A DNA stretch of 64,000 nt from Amoebidium appalachense (GCA_963693365.1 CAVNZM010000004.1:9700468-9764467), one strand, 5' to 3'; shown: positions 1 to 17,000, counted from the stretch's first letter. A program made the numbers and translations. The notes: generated by a model not told the origin, from the sequence alone.

Positions 1-578
1 TGTCATCGGCATGAATGGATGGCTCACGCGTGTGTTTAGTATGTATCAGTCAGGATGTATGTATCTGAGTATGAATGGTGCCAGACACTGTTCAATGAAA
101 CCGTGGTGCAACTAATATGAATATACTCAGAGTGGGTCTTGTATTCACCAAAAGGAGCCCTGCCTCAAGGGTGCAATCATTGGGGTTTTCTGACGCAGTC
201 GATCAGGGCGAATGGCCCATATAAAACCATCAGGCTACACTAATTTAATCAGACCAAGAAAGTAGACAATGGTATAACTTTCAAGAGTTATCATTAAGAT
301 GCAATTGATCATGAATAGGAAGCAGTAGCCTACGTGTAACTTTCGTGCAATAATATCAATGAGCCGGAACGTGTTACGTTTGAGAGTGATCATGTAGCTT
401 CGACTCCTGCAACAGGCACAACCCATTCAAGCAAACACCAAACCACTATTATTCATAATCATTCCACATTCCATATGCTAAATGGAACTTCAGGTATTTC
501 TTGTCACACAACCATGCAACCCATACCGCTATACATACACCAAGGCATATTCACTCATCTTCATATCCCAATCCGAGC

Positions 579-2188
<1,610 letters not shown>

Positions 2189-3660
2189 CTCCGACGTTTT
2201 TTCTGGGGTTAGCGTTGATTGTCAACGTTTGTGACGTTTTTGGTCAGTGAAAGCAGTGGCTGAAGAAATGAAACGCCTTGTGAAGACAGCAACGTGATGG
2301 ATATAGCGAAAAGAAGGCAAGCTACAAAGGAGCTTTAGGTAACCATATGTACGTGTATAACCCTATCCTACATTCGCCGCTGTGTACAGTGTGTTCGAAA
2401 CACAAAAGGTGCGCATATGCGAATGAGCGATTTCACACATGGGAGCGCTTTTTATATGTCTGGGAAATGGGGAAGGGGGCAAATTTCCAAGAATTCGAAT
2501 GCCTGGCCTAGAAGCATCGCGGTGCCACCGGTGGGAAGAGCCGGGATGAAACCGTCAAAAAGCATATAACTCAGCTCTAAACCGTTGATAACAATTCCAT
2601 TGCCGCACAGTATTTATTAAATAACTTTTCTATATATATTGGCAGCTTTCTTACTATTTACACTTATGATGTCGGCCTTGTAAATTAGACATAATGAGGT
2701 CTCGCACCAGTGTTCACATGACCCGTCTCCAGAGTCTCTACCCTCCTCTGATATATTTGTTTGTGGCCAGGGTTGGGCTGGGGTTCGCCAGCTTAACCGT
2801 ATCGCCCTTTGGCCAGTCGTAACGGACAATTTCTTGATCGTAACGGGTGGGTTCTTGGGGAGCAAGCCCCACCTAAAACGCCCCTCCAGTCGCAAAACTC
2901 AAAATACGTGTTTTTACAAATTGAGTACCGCAAGATTACAAGCCCTGAAAACTTATCGGGGCTCGATATTGCACATGAGAAGCGCTGTAGATATGTTCTT
3001 GGGGGGGGAATGTGCTGTTCTTGAACAGAAATATTGAAAAAATAGGGAAAATTACATATTCAAGCGTTTATAATGCTACACACCTGATACGAAAGCTGTT
3101 ACGAGGGTACCCTGACCTTATTCGTATCGGGGTCTCTCGTTAATCGTAATTACGACGATTTTTTTTCGTAATCCCTACCCTGTTTGTGGCGAATATTCAT
3201 TGGCTCTTTAGGCTGACGTTCAATAGTCTTGGAGGCTTCTTGGCCAATCGACGATTGCCCAAAGTAGATGTAATCAGCATCGAACCCACTGGAATAAGTG
3301 TCATGGTATCTATAAAAGGTTATTCCTAAATTCTGGAATTTGCAAAAACCAATCATCAACGAGGGCGGGAAAAATCTCAGAGAAAGAGTCAAACGGAAGA
3401 TCGAGATCCAGTTTGCTCTTGGAACCTCCAGCTCAACAATTTCTGAGATCTCCTCCATATTATCTCCTTCCTATTGTAAAATAATAAGACAATGCTTATA
3501 TAGCATTATAAACGCAGGTAAGCTCTAGAGAAAAACCATGTATTGCGGTCGCGCTTACACAGGCCGTTACCAAGCCTTGCCGCCAGATCAACAAAACATT
3601 ACTTCGCTCCGTTTTTGGTTGGTTGCTCACGCACCCGATCGATTATACATGTGCTCATGT

Positions 3661-3727
<67 letters not shown>

Positions 3728-4094
3728 CACGATGTGTGTGTGTGTGTGTATGTGTGTGTGTGTGTGTGTGTATGTGTGTGTGTGTGTGTGCACGTGTGTG
3801 TGTGTGTGACGCCTGTATGTGTGTGTGACGTCTGTGTGTGCACAAATGTGTGTGTGCGTGTGTGTGTGTGTGTGTGTGAGTATGCGTGCGTGTGTGTGTG
3901 TGTGTGCGCGTGTACGTGTGTGTGCGTGTGTGCATGTGCCGGTGTGGGTGTGTGTGTGTGCGAGCACGTGCCACGGTACATGTCACAGCGTGCACGTGTG
4001 CCGTGGGGCATGAATGGATGGCTGTGCGTGTCGTGTGTGTGTACATGTGTGTGGGTGTGTGTGACATACTGTGTGGGTGTGTACATCTGCCACG

Positions 4095-4153
<59 letters not shown>

Positions 4154-4560
4154 CGTGTCACGGTGTGTGTGTGTGTGCGCGCGCGCGCACTGGCGCGCGT
4201 GTGTGTGCGCGTGTGCGCGCGCGTATACGTGTTTGTGTCTGAGCGCATGTCTGCAGCTGGTGTGAAACTGTGTGCGTGTGTGCGTCTGTGCGTGTGTGCG
4301 TGCGTGTGCGTGTGAGTGTGTGTGCACGGCCTGTATGAAAGTGTGTGAAAAAAGTTGTGTTCATGTGCGTGTGTGTCACTGCGTGTGCGTGCGTTTTTTT
4401 GTGACGAGAAAAACAAGTCTGACGGGCGTGGAGTTTGTACTTTTGTACGTGTGTCTGCATGTGTGCGTGTGATTATGTGCGTACGTGCGTGAATGTGTAG
4501 TTCTTGTGTGTGTGTGTAATGTGCGCGTGCGTGTCTGCCACACGTGTACACCGCCTTATG
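3661..4560. repeat. Long degenerate (TG)n/(TGCG)n microsatellite block
   Basis: About 900 bp of pure and interrupted alternating purine-pyrimidine repeats. Confidence 0.95.
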
Positions 4561-5265
4561 CAAGCTGACACAACCAGCATCATATTATGTATCGTAGAAA
4601 CGTATTAAAGACATGTGTACATATAGTATCTTTAAAAATCTACATGTGCACGTGCTCATCAGGACACTGTGCTACAGGGGGTGACTGACATTAATAAATT
4701 AAAAAAAACGCTATCCCCCCCCGTTTCCTCCTCCGATGATCTCAGAAATCCACCAGGTTTGGTAGAGTCTAATATCTTTTTTTTTTTTTTTTGGAAGGGG
4801 GGGAGGGGGGGGGGGGGGGGGGGGGTGCCGCATAGTGACAATGCTTTTGCGGCTAACGAGGAGGGTATATCTATAGTGCGAACACCATGGTCACCGCCCT
4901 GTTCGTAATGTTCCCCTCTTTTAGTTGCAAGTCTTTGCACACGTCACATTTATGTAAGTTTCAAAGTTTATTTTATCCCGTTTCACCTCCGGAGACATTG
5001 CCTCAAGGGAGCTGCCGCCTTCGAATTCCACATGATAGACACCGGCTTATGATACTCTCTATCGTATGGCATAGTCCGACTATAAGTACTCTGAGTCAGG
5101 AAACTAAACGATCTCGACTGTCACTACATATTTTGGTAGTTCTTTGCCCACGGGATTGCGGCAGTCATGCTAGTGGGGAATGAGCAAACTCACTCCATCC
5201 AACACCTAGCCGGGAACGACCCGGGAGCTGGGGTAAAGCATTCGGGACTAACCCCTCCCCCCCTC

Positions 5266-5296
<31 letters not shown>

Positions 5297-5749
5297 AAAA
5301 AAAAAAAGAAAAGAAAGAAAAAAAAAAAAAGAACACACGTACCCCCCCCCTCCCCCCCCCCCCCCCTCCCCCCCGGGCCTCCCCCCCCCTCCCCCCCCCC
5401 CCCCCCCCCTTCCCCCCAATTTAGGGCCTCGGAGGACCCACCCACGAACACACCAACAGTCACGACGAAGTTCAGTATGTTGGAAATCACATATGACGGT
5501 ATATATAGGTAGGCTCTCGTATTCCATTTGGATCTTTTAACATAGGTCAGGCCGCATGCGTAAACTAATATTCGCATTGGAAATTCTTTTTATAACAACA
5601 ACACCGACGTTGTTGCACACATGGTTAGGCTTTTTGATTTTAAGACTGGGAAAGGGGGGGGGCGGGGGTAGTAGTAATTGTTTTTTTTTTTTTTGGGGGG
5701 GGGGGGGGGGAGGGGGAGGGGGAGGGGGGGGGGGGGGGGAGTGGGTTTC

Positions 5750-5781
<32 letters not shown>

Positions 5782-7014
5782 GGGCACCATTCCCTCCATT
5801 GGTTGGGGGAGAAGGGGTGGAGGGGGACACCAGCCCTCCGAGTAGGTGGCGGCGGGGGGGGGGGGGGGGGGAGGGGGGGAGGGGGGAGGGGAGGCGCCCG
5901 GGGGGGGGGGGGGGGGGGGGGGGGGGGACCCACCACCTCCCAGGAGGGTCATCCAAAAACGACTAATATATATTAGTATGTGTACTGGATATCATCTTGA
6001 AACATGTTGGCTTTAGAACCCAGCTCGACATGCACTGATTTAATTGGTATCAATCATCGGGCCCTGCAGCTAGGTCAGTGACATGCTTACTAGCTTAGCA
6101 TCACTTCACCTACCCCTCCCCCCCCCCCCCCCCCCCCCCCCCCGCCCACCTCGGGCCCGCGAGGGCCTCACCTCCTTATGCCCCTTAGGATCTCGAGCTC
6201 ATACCGTGACCGAGACCGCAATTTCTTGTTGCTCATGATCACTGTCTTTCTCGCCTATGTACAGTATGGCATAATTGTGGACACTCATAATCCCCCCCCT
6301 CTCCCCCCCCTCCTCCCCCTACCCATCCCAGGCAGTACCCCGGGCACCTTGCCATGACAGCTTCTTACAAAGCTCCCGTGACACGGCCTTCCTCATCACT
6401 TTTTTGACCTCAGCTTGTGCATAACCGTGCATTTCTCCTTAAAGATGGCCATGCCGCATGTAGTCAAGACGCGGGATCACAGCATCCCCTTAACCACCAC
6501 TACACCGTGCACGTTGGAATCAGCATGCCGACATCGGCAATGTCATGTACATACATGCCACACACACAGGCACACACACACAGTGGCACGCACAGTCACC
6601 GACACAAGCACACACATACACGCGCGCACACACACACGCACAAAAACTGACACACACATGTACAAAAACACACACAAGTGTGCCCGCCCGCAACCACGCC
6701 GGCGGAGCGAGCACACACATACACACACATACACAGCGCGGACGCACACACACACACACACAGTAAACTGATGGACAGAGGAAAAACAGAACCGTAAATC
6801 GTGCACAAGGGCATGCACACTTGAACGCACACATGCGCATGCAGGCACACGCGCATGCAGGAACACACACACACACTTAACACAAACACACACTCACGGG
6901 TACGCTCACAGACTGCCGCAGGATAGTATGCTAAATATTAGTGGTGGCACACCTTATGATGCGACACACACATGTTGCACACTTTCTCGATCCGTTTTGT
7001 CTCTCCCTCTCCCC

Positions 7015-7053
<39 letters not shown>

Positions 7054-7932
7054 CGCCTCCTCCCCCCGCCCGAGCCTTCTTCCCTCTCTCTCGCCCTCTA
7101 TCTTCCCCCCCCCCCCCCCCCCCCCCCCCACCACCACCACCACCACCACCACCCCTTTCCCCCCCCCACCCCCATATACTCTGGCAAAAACAACGCATGC
7201 ATGAATCATCACCAACAACTTGACCAGAAGCTGTGGCCGAAACGAAGGGGAAAAGAGTGCTGGTGGTGGCGGTGGTGGTGGAGGAGGGGGGGGGGGGGGG
7301 GGGTGGGAATCTCGGAGGCTCGCAGGTGCACAGCGGGAAGGGAGCTGTCGGACTCCCCGCAAAACAGGGGGGAGGGGGGGGGGGGGGGGGGGGAGGGGGA
7401 GCGGGGAACCCATCACCCCACCAAAGAGGTGTGCCCCCCCCCCCCCCCCCCCCCCCCTTTCCCCTCCCCAGCGGTCAGCTTGGGGAGGGATGGGGGGGGA
7501 GGGGGAGGGACCCACCACCCCCTCGAGCAGGTGGGCCTAGTGGGGAAGGGTGGGGGCGGAAGGAGCACCAGAGGGGACCTCAACATTTACCACGGCCCCC
7601 CCCCCCTCCCCCCCCCCCACACACACCCATTTTCAAATTTAAAAAGCCTTACATGCACACGGTTCCGGACACTGTGGCACATACCATACATACATACCCA
7701 AGGGTCCAGGTGCACACTAACAGCCACACACATTCACACAGTGTACACATCCAACACATGCAACACAACGGCACTAATACTTGATATTGCCAAACCATGT
7801 AGGTGTCCGCGGCTGCCCGTCTCCATTCATGTTCTACGTGCCATCAATAAATATCCCTTCGGAACTTTATTGTCAATGTTCCTGAGCTCAAAGCATATAT
7901 CTTCAACGGAAGTAGGTATGGATGCATAGCCT

Positions 7933-7963
<31 letters not shown>

Positions 7964-9454
7964 ACTTTTTTTTTCTTTTTTTTTGGCGAATTACTGTACA
8001 TAGGACCTCGAAAACATACAAAAAGGAACTTAAACAAAGCTTATTTAACACTATGCAAGGCCTTTATCACTGTATGTGGCATATTTGTCATAGATGTCAT
8101 GCCCGTTGCACATATCACGACACATTTTGACGTGAGTGCACACGCACACACGCACACATGCATGCATGCACCACAGAGTGCTCACGCACAGACACGTGCA
8201 CACGCACAAACACACACACACACGCACGCACGCACGCACTGTCACGCACGCACGCACGCACGCACGCACACACGCACACACGCACACACGCACACACGCA
8301 CACAAGCACACGCACATACACACCCTGCCACAAAAACGCACCCTGTCGGCACACACACTCGGTACCACCACCCACAACAACCATAACCACAGACAGATTT
8401 TTTTTATTTATACTTTACGCCGTTTTGTTCCCGGAGGTACCCTTAGGGGCCCTCAGGGGGAACTACTGTCTTCCACCCAGCACCAACAGTACTCTAGCTA
8501 GGGTGCTACGATGCTAGTAGCTAAACTAACACACCTATAACAACCCTAACTATATGTACACACTTTGCCCAGGGTATCAACCCCAGCCACGCCGGTGGGT
8601 AGGAACACAGACAGAAGGTGCATCGATTTCTAACTGTGTGGTGTCGGTGGTTCTGCTACTGATTCATATCAAGTCAAAGTTGATCCATTCTGTTGCTCAC
8701 CCAGGTTTGGCAACTGTGGATTTTTTTTTTTTTTTTTTTTTTTTTTTGCCCGGCGCGACAGCTGTAGTTCACGTTCAGCATGTGGGACTGTTAACCGTAC
8801 CACGGCTGAAGTCTTAAAAGAGGATAATGTAATGGCTGTAAATTTGGCTGGCACATGAATAGACATTTCACGTTCCATGCAAGCGAGCACACATTTAGAT
8901 TTATTTAAGTATACAAAACAGTTGTTTGGCCACAGAAAGTGCAGTCGCTCCGCCTGCGTCGAATCGTGGCACCTAATATGGCGGTCATCGGATGCAATAT
9001 GCAGAATATGATCAGGTGTATTTCCGGGCCGTAAAGTAGAATAAATAAATAAAATACCGTACACGTATGGCAAGTATCCTCATATATTTGATACATGTAT
9101 GCATTTAGCTGGTTATCGGAACTGATCAAATTTTGTAAAAAGACTTGCTCCGTCATGCACTTCATCACTACACTAGTACTTAAAGTGCCGCGGCATCTTA
9201 CTACTACATACACAGCCAAATTCTCACTTCTGTGTGCTTCCATCATGGCACTATCAATTGAACCCACACCAACGTCCTTCACAAGGTCAAAAATAAAACC
9301 AAAAAACATAACGGGCTTTTCGTGTGATCATGAAAGAGACCGCGAAAGAAAAAAGAACGTTAACTGTATAAGATAGGGGCAGGATAAAACGGGCAAACAA
9401 GACCCCATATAGCTACTTGAACTCTTAAGAAGTCTTACAACGGGTGGTAAGATA

Positions 9455-10201
9455 TCAAACCCTGTTATCTGCTGGAATATCCAAACTCTGTGACGGCGCC
9501 CCCACCACGAGGGACCGGTAAGCGGGCGGCGGCTCAGAACTGGCTTCAGACATGGACACGGTGCTTATCAGTGTGTATTTCTCTACAAAACCAAGCAAAG
9601 TATCCTTAAAAGTTTTCATATATTTGCTGTAGAAAACCTTTTCGGTGTCATCCCGAAGCTGCAGAGCGAGATATCCCTTTTCCGCCCCTGAGCCCTCCGT
9701 CCTGTGCTTGACCGATCCAATCTCGTGAAAACGTATGAACCCAACCTGTGCATGGTGGCTGTTTTGCACCGATAAACCAGCAGATGTGAGCTGAAGGAAT
9801 ATTATGTCCTCCTCCGTTCCTTTTGCCTGTGCATGTGTACCCTTGATAGTTTCGTATCGGCCAATACTGTGCCTCCCATCCACCTTGTTTGTGAACCGCA
9901 GTGCGCGGTAGGCAGGGAACGGGAGTGACACTTCGCCTGCGCCTTCCTTCACATCCTCAACGATTCTCACGACGTTATCCACAGACTCTCCAAACATCTC
10001 ATCATCAAATAGCCGGTTTGGCAAGGTAGGTATTATTTGGTTCATTATGTGCAAGCCTGAGGTACGACGTGATACCCTTGAGCTCCGGGAGTGAGAAGAC
10101 CCGGACTCGTCTATTTCGATGGTTACGATCCCGTCGTTTGCTGCTAGGGCCGCACGAGACCGGTGCTTGCGCACTTGCTTGATGATGAAGTAGGTGATCA
10201 T
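9455..10201 (-). CDS. Intronless 248-aa protein, paralogue A; C-terminal PH/PTB (FERM C-lobe)-like domain and PPxY motif
   Basis: Non-repetitive ORF with CAAAATG start. Clear similarity to 13849-14565 (TYF.IK; SL..PA..A.R; I.LQLT..G..V; F.I..V; VF.S; FV..YT). EPPPAY near the C-terminus. Fold assignment is inference from the strand/helix pattern. Confidence 0.8.
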   Translation of the reverse strand: MITYFIIKQVRKHRSRAALAANDGIVTIEIDESGSSHSRSSRVSRRTSGLHIMNQIIPTLPNRLFDDEMFGESVDNVVRIVEDVKEGAGEVSLPFPAYRALRFTNKVDGRHSIGRYETIKGTHAQAKGTEEDIIFLQLTSAGLSVQNSHHAQVGFIRFHEIGSVKHRTEGSGAEKGYLALQLRDDTEKVFYSKYMKTFKDTLLGFVEKYTLISTVSMSEASSEPPPAYRSLVVGAPSQSLDIPADNRV

Positions 10202-11340
10202 TTTGGATTACTGTTTGTGTGTAGGCAGCTGTTGTTATAGAACTATGATATTATAGCTAGTGAACTTTAACAACCGTTATTATGAAGTTGGTTTATGTGT
10301 GAAGACATGCACTAGTATGTTGGACGTACTATCTAAGGTCGAGATTCATACCTTCGAACGTACTGTTGCAGCGAGGAAACAAAGTCGTTCCGTGATATAT
10401 GGGCAACTTACTTGCGTCGTTCAGGTGTCTGACACAAGAATGATACGCGTGTGTGCGTGTGTGTGTGCGGCAGCTAGAGCTTGCCTTTATGTACCAGCAG
10501 CGAAGAAATGAAGCAGCCAGTGCCGTTCAAAAAGCAGACGTGCCACTTATGCGGCAATGTGATTGAACGAGCCACGTGTGCACTGAATGACGATGGTTGA
10601 ACTCACACACTGTTATCACGTTCTGGCACTATCTTGCATTCTCTTAAGGTGACCTTAAGGGGCTAAATATAAAACGGAGCGTGAGTAACTTCAGCAATGA
10701 CACATATACCGAGCTCATGCATCTAGTACTTACATAAAAGTGCTCAGGCTTTCAAACCAAGGTTCAACTGAACTACGCGTGTCTGGTTAGCTTCTTCTTT
10801 CATCACAAATGACTCCTCAAAGAAACATGGTACTGTAAATGACATGTTTTTTTTTATAAGATTGTTTTGCGGCGTACGTTTGTAATAACAAAATTGAATT
10901 GCGGGGTTGTGTCCGCCTTTCGAGAGTGGTGTGCCCAGTTACTAGAGTGATGGCTTCCCAATCCCAGTCACTCGTGATAGGGCCCAGCTCAGCCTGCTCA
11001 CGTGCAGAGGTGACGACATCTCCAGGGATCCAATCAAATCCCTGCCAATGGTTTGATTCGTCAATGCCGACATTCCAGAAAGACGGAAAGCCTATCATAT
11101 GTGGCGTAGGCTGCCTATTTATAGCTATAAAAATGGCGATCTGACCGCCGATCTCACGCATTAACCAATCATGTAATTACTACTCAATCGCAATCGCGCT
11201 CTGGCCCGCCGATGATCATGCGATCATGGTCTCATGTGTACACATGGTCGGGGGTGCGCGGTGTCACACGCAGTACCATTCTGTGTCCCCCCCTATACTC
11301 CCCTCCCCTTTCCCCCCCCCCCCCCCCCCCCCCCCCCGAA

Positions 11341-12750
<1,410 letters not shown>

Positions 12751-13848
12751 TGACTTGTTGGTTCCCTGTAATACAAGTGTGCTGGTTTGAGTGTGTGTGT
12801 GCAGCTAATAATAATATTAAGCCTTTAGATTTGAGATCTTATTTTTCAAGGGGAAACGATTGCAATACACTCAGCTATAGTCGACTTCAGCACCACAGGC
12901 TAGCGGCCAAGACTTATTTGGGGCATGCCAGGTGTACACATGGCCTGGACAATGTGTTGTTCGTGCACTCATGTGTACGTGAGTAGGTGCGAGGAGGTGG
13001 GTATATGCTTTCTTGCCTGGTTGCATGTGTGGGTGACCAACTCAGCTCATTCATGCATGTCGGTTTGTGTATACTCGTGCACGGTTGCAATGGGTGCACA
13101 TGTGCCCCTGCATACGCATGCTGCAGACGTGTACAGGTGCATGCATGTGGACGTGCACGAACGAAAGTCATTGTGTGAACAAAAAAATACCGTTCATAGC
13201 CATGCACGTGCATGTGCGGGCCGGAGTGCTTGGAGTGATTCGTGTGTATGTAAGCCGTGATGGCGGTGATGCATTCACGTTTCAGTGCATATGTCAAACA
13301 AGTGTTGCCCATTAATGTTTTGGTGCTGGCCACATATGCTAGCGCTCGGGTAACTTATTCACCTCTTCATCCGGTATATGTGCAAATTCTTGTATGTTTT
13401 ATTTAGCATCTGGCCATTCATCGTTTATGTTCAGGCATCAACGAAGACCCGCCCCCGGTGGGGTCATGGTGTACACATGTGGAAGGGTGGGTGGGTGGGT
13501 GGGTGGGGGGGGGGGGGGGGGGGGGGGGGGGGGTAGCATTAAACTTGCAATCACGATGCAGCTGCTGGGCCTATTAGGTGTCCATCATCTTATTTCTTTA
13601 TCTATCAATCCTGCACGACAACATTTAGTTTTGTCATTTATGCTTCAACTTAAGGCTACATATGCATTTAATCTTGGTTTTGCTCGGCGCCAGGCTAGAA
13701 GCACCAAACGCCTTCATCATTTTGTAATAAATTGCACGATGTCCCAAACCTATAAAAAGCAGATTTATAGATGTCATGCATTACAAAAATTATATGTATG
13801 TACAGTATCTAAATTATGGTTTTCGAAAACTGGCACAATTATTATGTA

Positions 13849-14565
13849 TTATGCTGTGGTTGCAGGTGTTGCACTACCGGAAGAATTGTTGCGAGAGTGG
13901 CCTTGGCTCCCTCTTCCATACCCTTCAGGCGGAGGAGAGTCCTCTTGCAGGGACACTGCCGTTATGTACGTGTACTGGTCGACAAAACGCAGCATTGTGG
14001 CTTTGATCTGGTTCACCAACTCCGAGTGAAACACGTGCGATTCGCCGCTTCTCATCTTGAACTCGATGAACCCCGACCCTTGTTCGTTTACGCTTTGGTG
14101 AACGGTCTGTATGTCGTGGAACTTCAGAAGCTTTGTTTGGTGCCTTTCTTTATCGAGCACTCTCACCCCTGTGCATGTTAGCTGAAGGTATATCTGAACG
14201 GGAGCATTAATATTCCCGCTTGCTCCGTCGTGTATGAGCTCATACTTTGGGGGTGCGCGACCAAAACATGTGCCCAGGCGAGCCGTCAACCCACACCCGC
14301 GGATCTCTGGCTCCTCTTCCTCGTTTCTATTGTAGCGTCTTGCCTGCAGCGCCGGGTAAGCGAGAGATACATCGTGTGTGTCTCCTCTTACGTCGTCTAC
14401 TAGGGCTATTTCATTGTCTGCTTCGTCGTCCAGAAGATCGGCTATGTTTAGGGACCTGGCAGGTGTGCACGTGCTCGGAGAGAGCTCGCTGGACCCATTT
14501 GAATTCTTGGCCCGAAGCTCCTTTTCTTGCCTATGCCTCTTTATAAGAAAGTATGTAACAAGCAT
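13849..14565 (-). CDS. Intronless 238-aa protein, paralogue B; PH/PTB (FERM C-lobe)-like domain
   Basis: CAAAATG start; aligns with 9455-10201 over most of its length (IYLQLTCTGVRVLD...KFHDIQTV...HVFHSELVNQIKATMLRFVDQYT). Confidence 0.8.
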   Translation of the reverse strand: MLVTYFLIKRHRQEKELRAKNSNGSSELSPSTCTPARSLNIADLLDDEADNEIALVDDVRGDTHDVSLAYPALQARRYNRNEEEEPEIRGCGLTARLGTCFGRAPPKYELIHDGASGNINAPVQIYLQLTCTGVRVLDKERHQTKLLKFHDIQTVHQSVNEQGSGFIEFKMRSGESHVFHSELVNQIKATMLRFVDQYTYITAVSLQEDSPPPEGYGRGSQGHSRNNSSGSATPATTA

Positions 14566-15318
14566 TTTGGTTATGTCTTTTCAGATATTGACCTATTGTT
14601 ACGTTTGTGTAGGTTATGAAACTAATCAACTTGTGGACTGAAACTGTGGAACATGTCACAGAACGCATGCAACTGTAGAAATGAATGGACTGGACGTGTG
14701 TGCCTGTTTATTATACTCAAGATCCATCAGGGTTTGAAATGTTTATAGCCGCAGCAGTCTCAGTTTCGGTCAGAGAGCATCAAATGGCGCAGCTTTCAAC
14801 TGCATAAATGACATTGTGATGATATCAAGAAAAAATAAAAAGGAAAATAGCACCATAACAGCCTCGGATGTAAAATGCCTGTTTCGCTTTATGAATAGCC
14901 CATAGAAGCTTGGAATGGCTGGGTGGACGCCACGGCAGGAATCACGTTGTGCAACGATGATACCTTTTCAGCCAATCATCAATGACCTATTTTTGTCACA
15001 ATTCCTCATATCCAATCGTTTTCCAGATAGGCAATTCACGTGCTGCCAATCGTAATCTTTATAATAATAAACTAATCAGATACCTTATTATGGAACCAAA
15101 TATGGTTGGCACCTTGCTGCTTCCTCGATCTCGGGATGACGTCATTCCATCTACGAATGGTGCGCTCTTACTCAATCAAACCACATAACCAAACTGGGAA
15201 AAACAATAACAAAAGATGGAACAAAAACAAAAAAAAACAAACCAGTTTTACTCAGTTGCTGCTTTAAAGTTTATTCTTGCAAAGACCAAGTTTCAGCCCA
15301 CCTCTTTTCGTTTTGAAC

Positions 15319-15647
15319 ATGGCTACCCAAAAGAGAGAGTCAGGGAACCTTGTGTTAGATGGGGTTCCCAACCCCCCATCACGCATAGAAGAGAGAACGG
15401 CACAGTACCAGCATGCAAGGGGAGCATCGTTTCAAGGATTTACAGAGGAAGGGGTTCTGATTTCAACCCGCTTTGCGGACACGGCACAGATTCATGTAAG
15501 GAGTAGGTTTTGGGTGAGGGGGGAAGGTGTGTGTGTGTGTGCACGTGTGTGTGCATGTGTGTGTGTGCGGTGTGTGTGTGCGTGTGTGTGTGTGTGTCAC
15601 GTGTGTGTGTGTGCGGTGTGTGTGTGTGTGTGTGTGCGTGTGCGTGC

Positions 15648-15722
<75 letters not shown>

Positions 15723-16969
15723 TGAGGTGGTCTGGGTGTGGGTGGGTGGGGCTTGTGTGTGTGTGTGGGGTGTGTGTGTGTTTGTGCAGATAGGTGGGGG
15801 GGTGGTTGGGTGGGTGGGTGGGTGGGGGGGGGGGGGGGGGGGGGGGCATGGTGTGTGTTTTTGTGTGGGGAGAAGGGTGGAGGGGTGTGTGTGTTGGGGG
15901 GGGGAGGGGGGGGAGGGGAGTGGGCGGGGAGGGGGAAGGAGAGAGAGGTTGTGTTTAGTGAAACAAGTGTGGGGCATTGATGGGGGGGGAGGGAGAGGGG
16001 GAAGGTAGGGTTGGGGCGAGGTATTTGGGGCCTGGATAAAACAGCCACCTCTCTCTATGAAATTCTCCCCCCCCCCCCCCGCTGCAACTTTAACCCCCGG
16101 CCTTTCCCACTGCCCTTGCCTGCATAAGCAACCCTGCTCGTCTCTGATCAAGACGGGTGACCTACCCATGTTCAAGTGAAACAGTATCTGAGTTGGGTTT
16201 CGTTAACGAGGTGAATAGGTCGAAACTCGGGTACTGTGGTTGACGTGGGCCCCCCCTGAGGATGGGCTCTGCTTATTATGCATACTCTTTATGTATGGCT
16301 TGCATTCTGCATCGTGTTATCCGTTTGTTCTTGTGTACTTCGTACTTTTTGACGCATTCAACCCCCCCCCCCCCCCTCCCCCCTTCCCTCCCTCTCCTCC
16401 CCCATCTCCCTCTCCTTCGGGTGTGTAACACAGTGGGCCTGGTGGTCGGGGTGAGCCACCACCACACCACATACAATTGTGCTGTAGATGTTGCCAATTC
16501 CCTCTCCCTTCCCTTCCCACATACACACGTGTACGAACGCCATCACCGCCACACCAATAGACCTAGTCACCCGTACCGCAGGATGTAGGCCTTTATAAAT
16601 AATAAATCCCTTTTTGCAGGCAGTGAAATTTCCCGGTGGTGCCCGTCGTCAGCTGACGTTTTTCGACGACGCCGTCACTACGGCCGTGCCACGTCCCAGT
16701 GGGCGTGGGTTCGTGTATCTGAAGGATGTGGGAGGAAATGAGTTCTCTCAGATCTACCACTTTGACCCCAGGACTGCCAGGCACACCCTACTTACCGGTG
16801 TGTATCTACCTTGAAACCCTCCCCCCCCCCCCCCCCCCCCCCCCGCCCTCCCCCCTTCCCCGCCCTCCCCCTTCCCCGCCCTCCCCCCCCCCCCCCCCCC
16901 CCCCCCCCCGGCCTGCCCCTCCCCTCGATTTCAGCTAGTTTCACTTCCTGGCCTCGTTCCAACCTCCCC

Positions 16970-17000
<31 letters not shown>

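Noticed and set aside
16130-16235. tRNA-, 5S- or SRP-derived SINE head
   Set aside because: Only short look-alikes (CTCGTCTCTGATC, GGTCGAAAC); no A/B box spacing, cloverleaf or collinear 5S/SRP match.
16181-16270. Hammerhead ribozyme reading of the repeat (GTCGAAAC and CTGAGGA present)
   Set aside because: Motif order and pairing do not give a valid core. The position that needs CUGANGA reads GTGAATA or GGGAATA in A/B and is not conserved in C, and a type II stem II/III cannot be formed.
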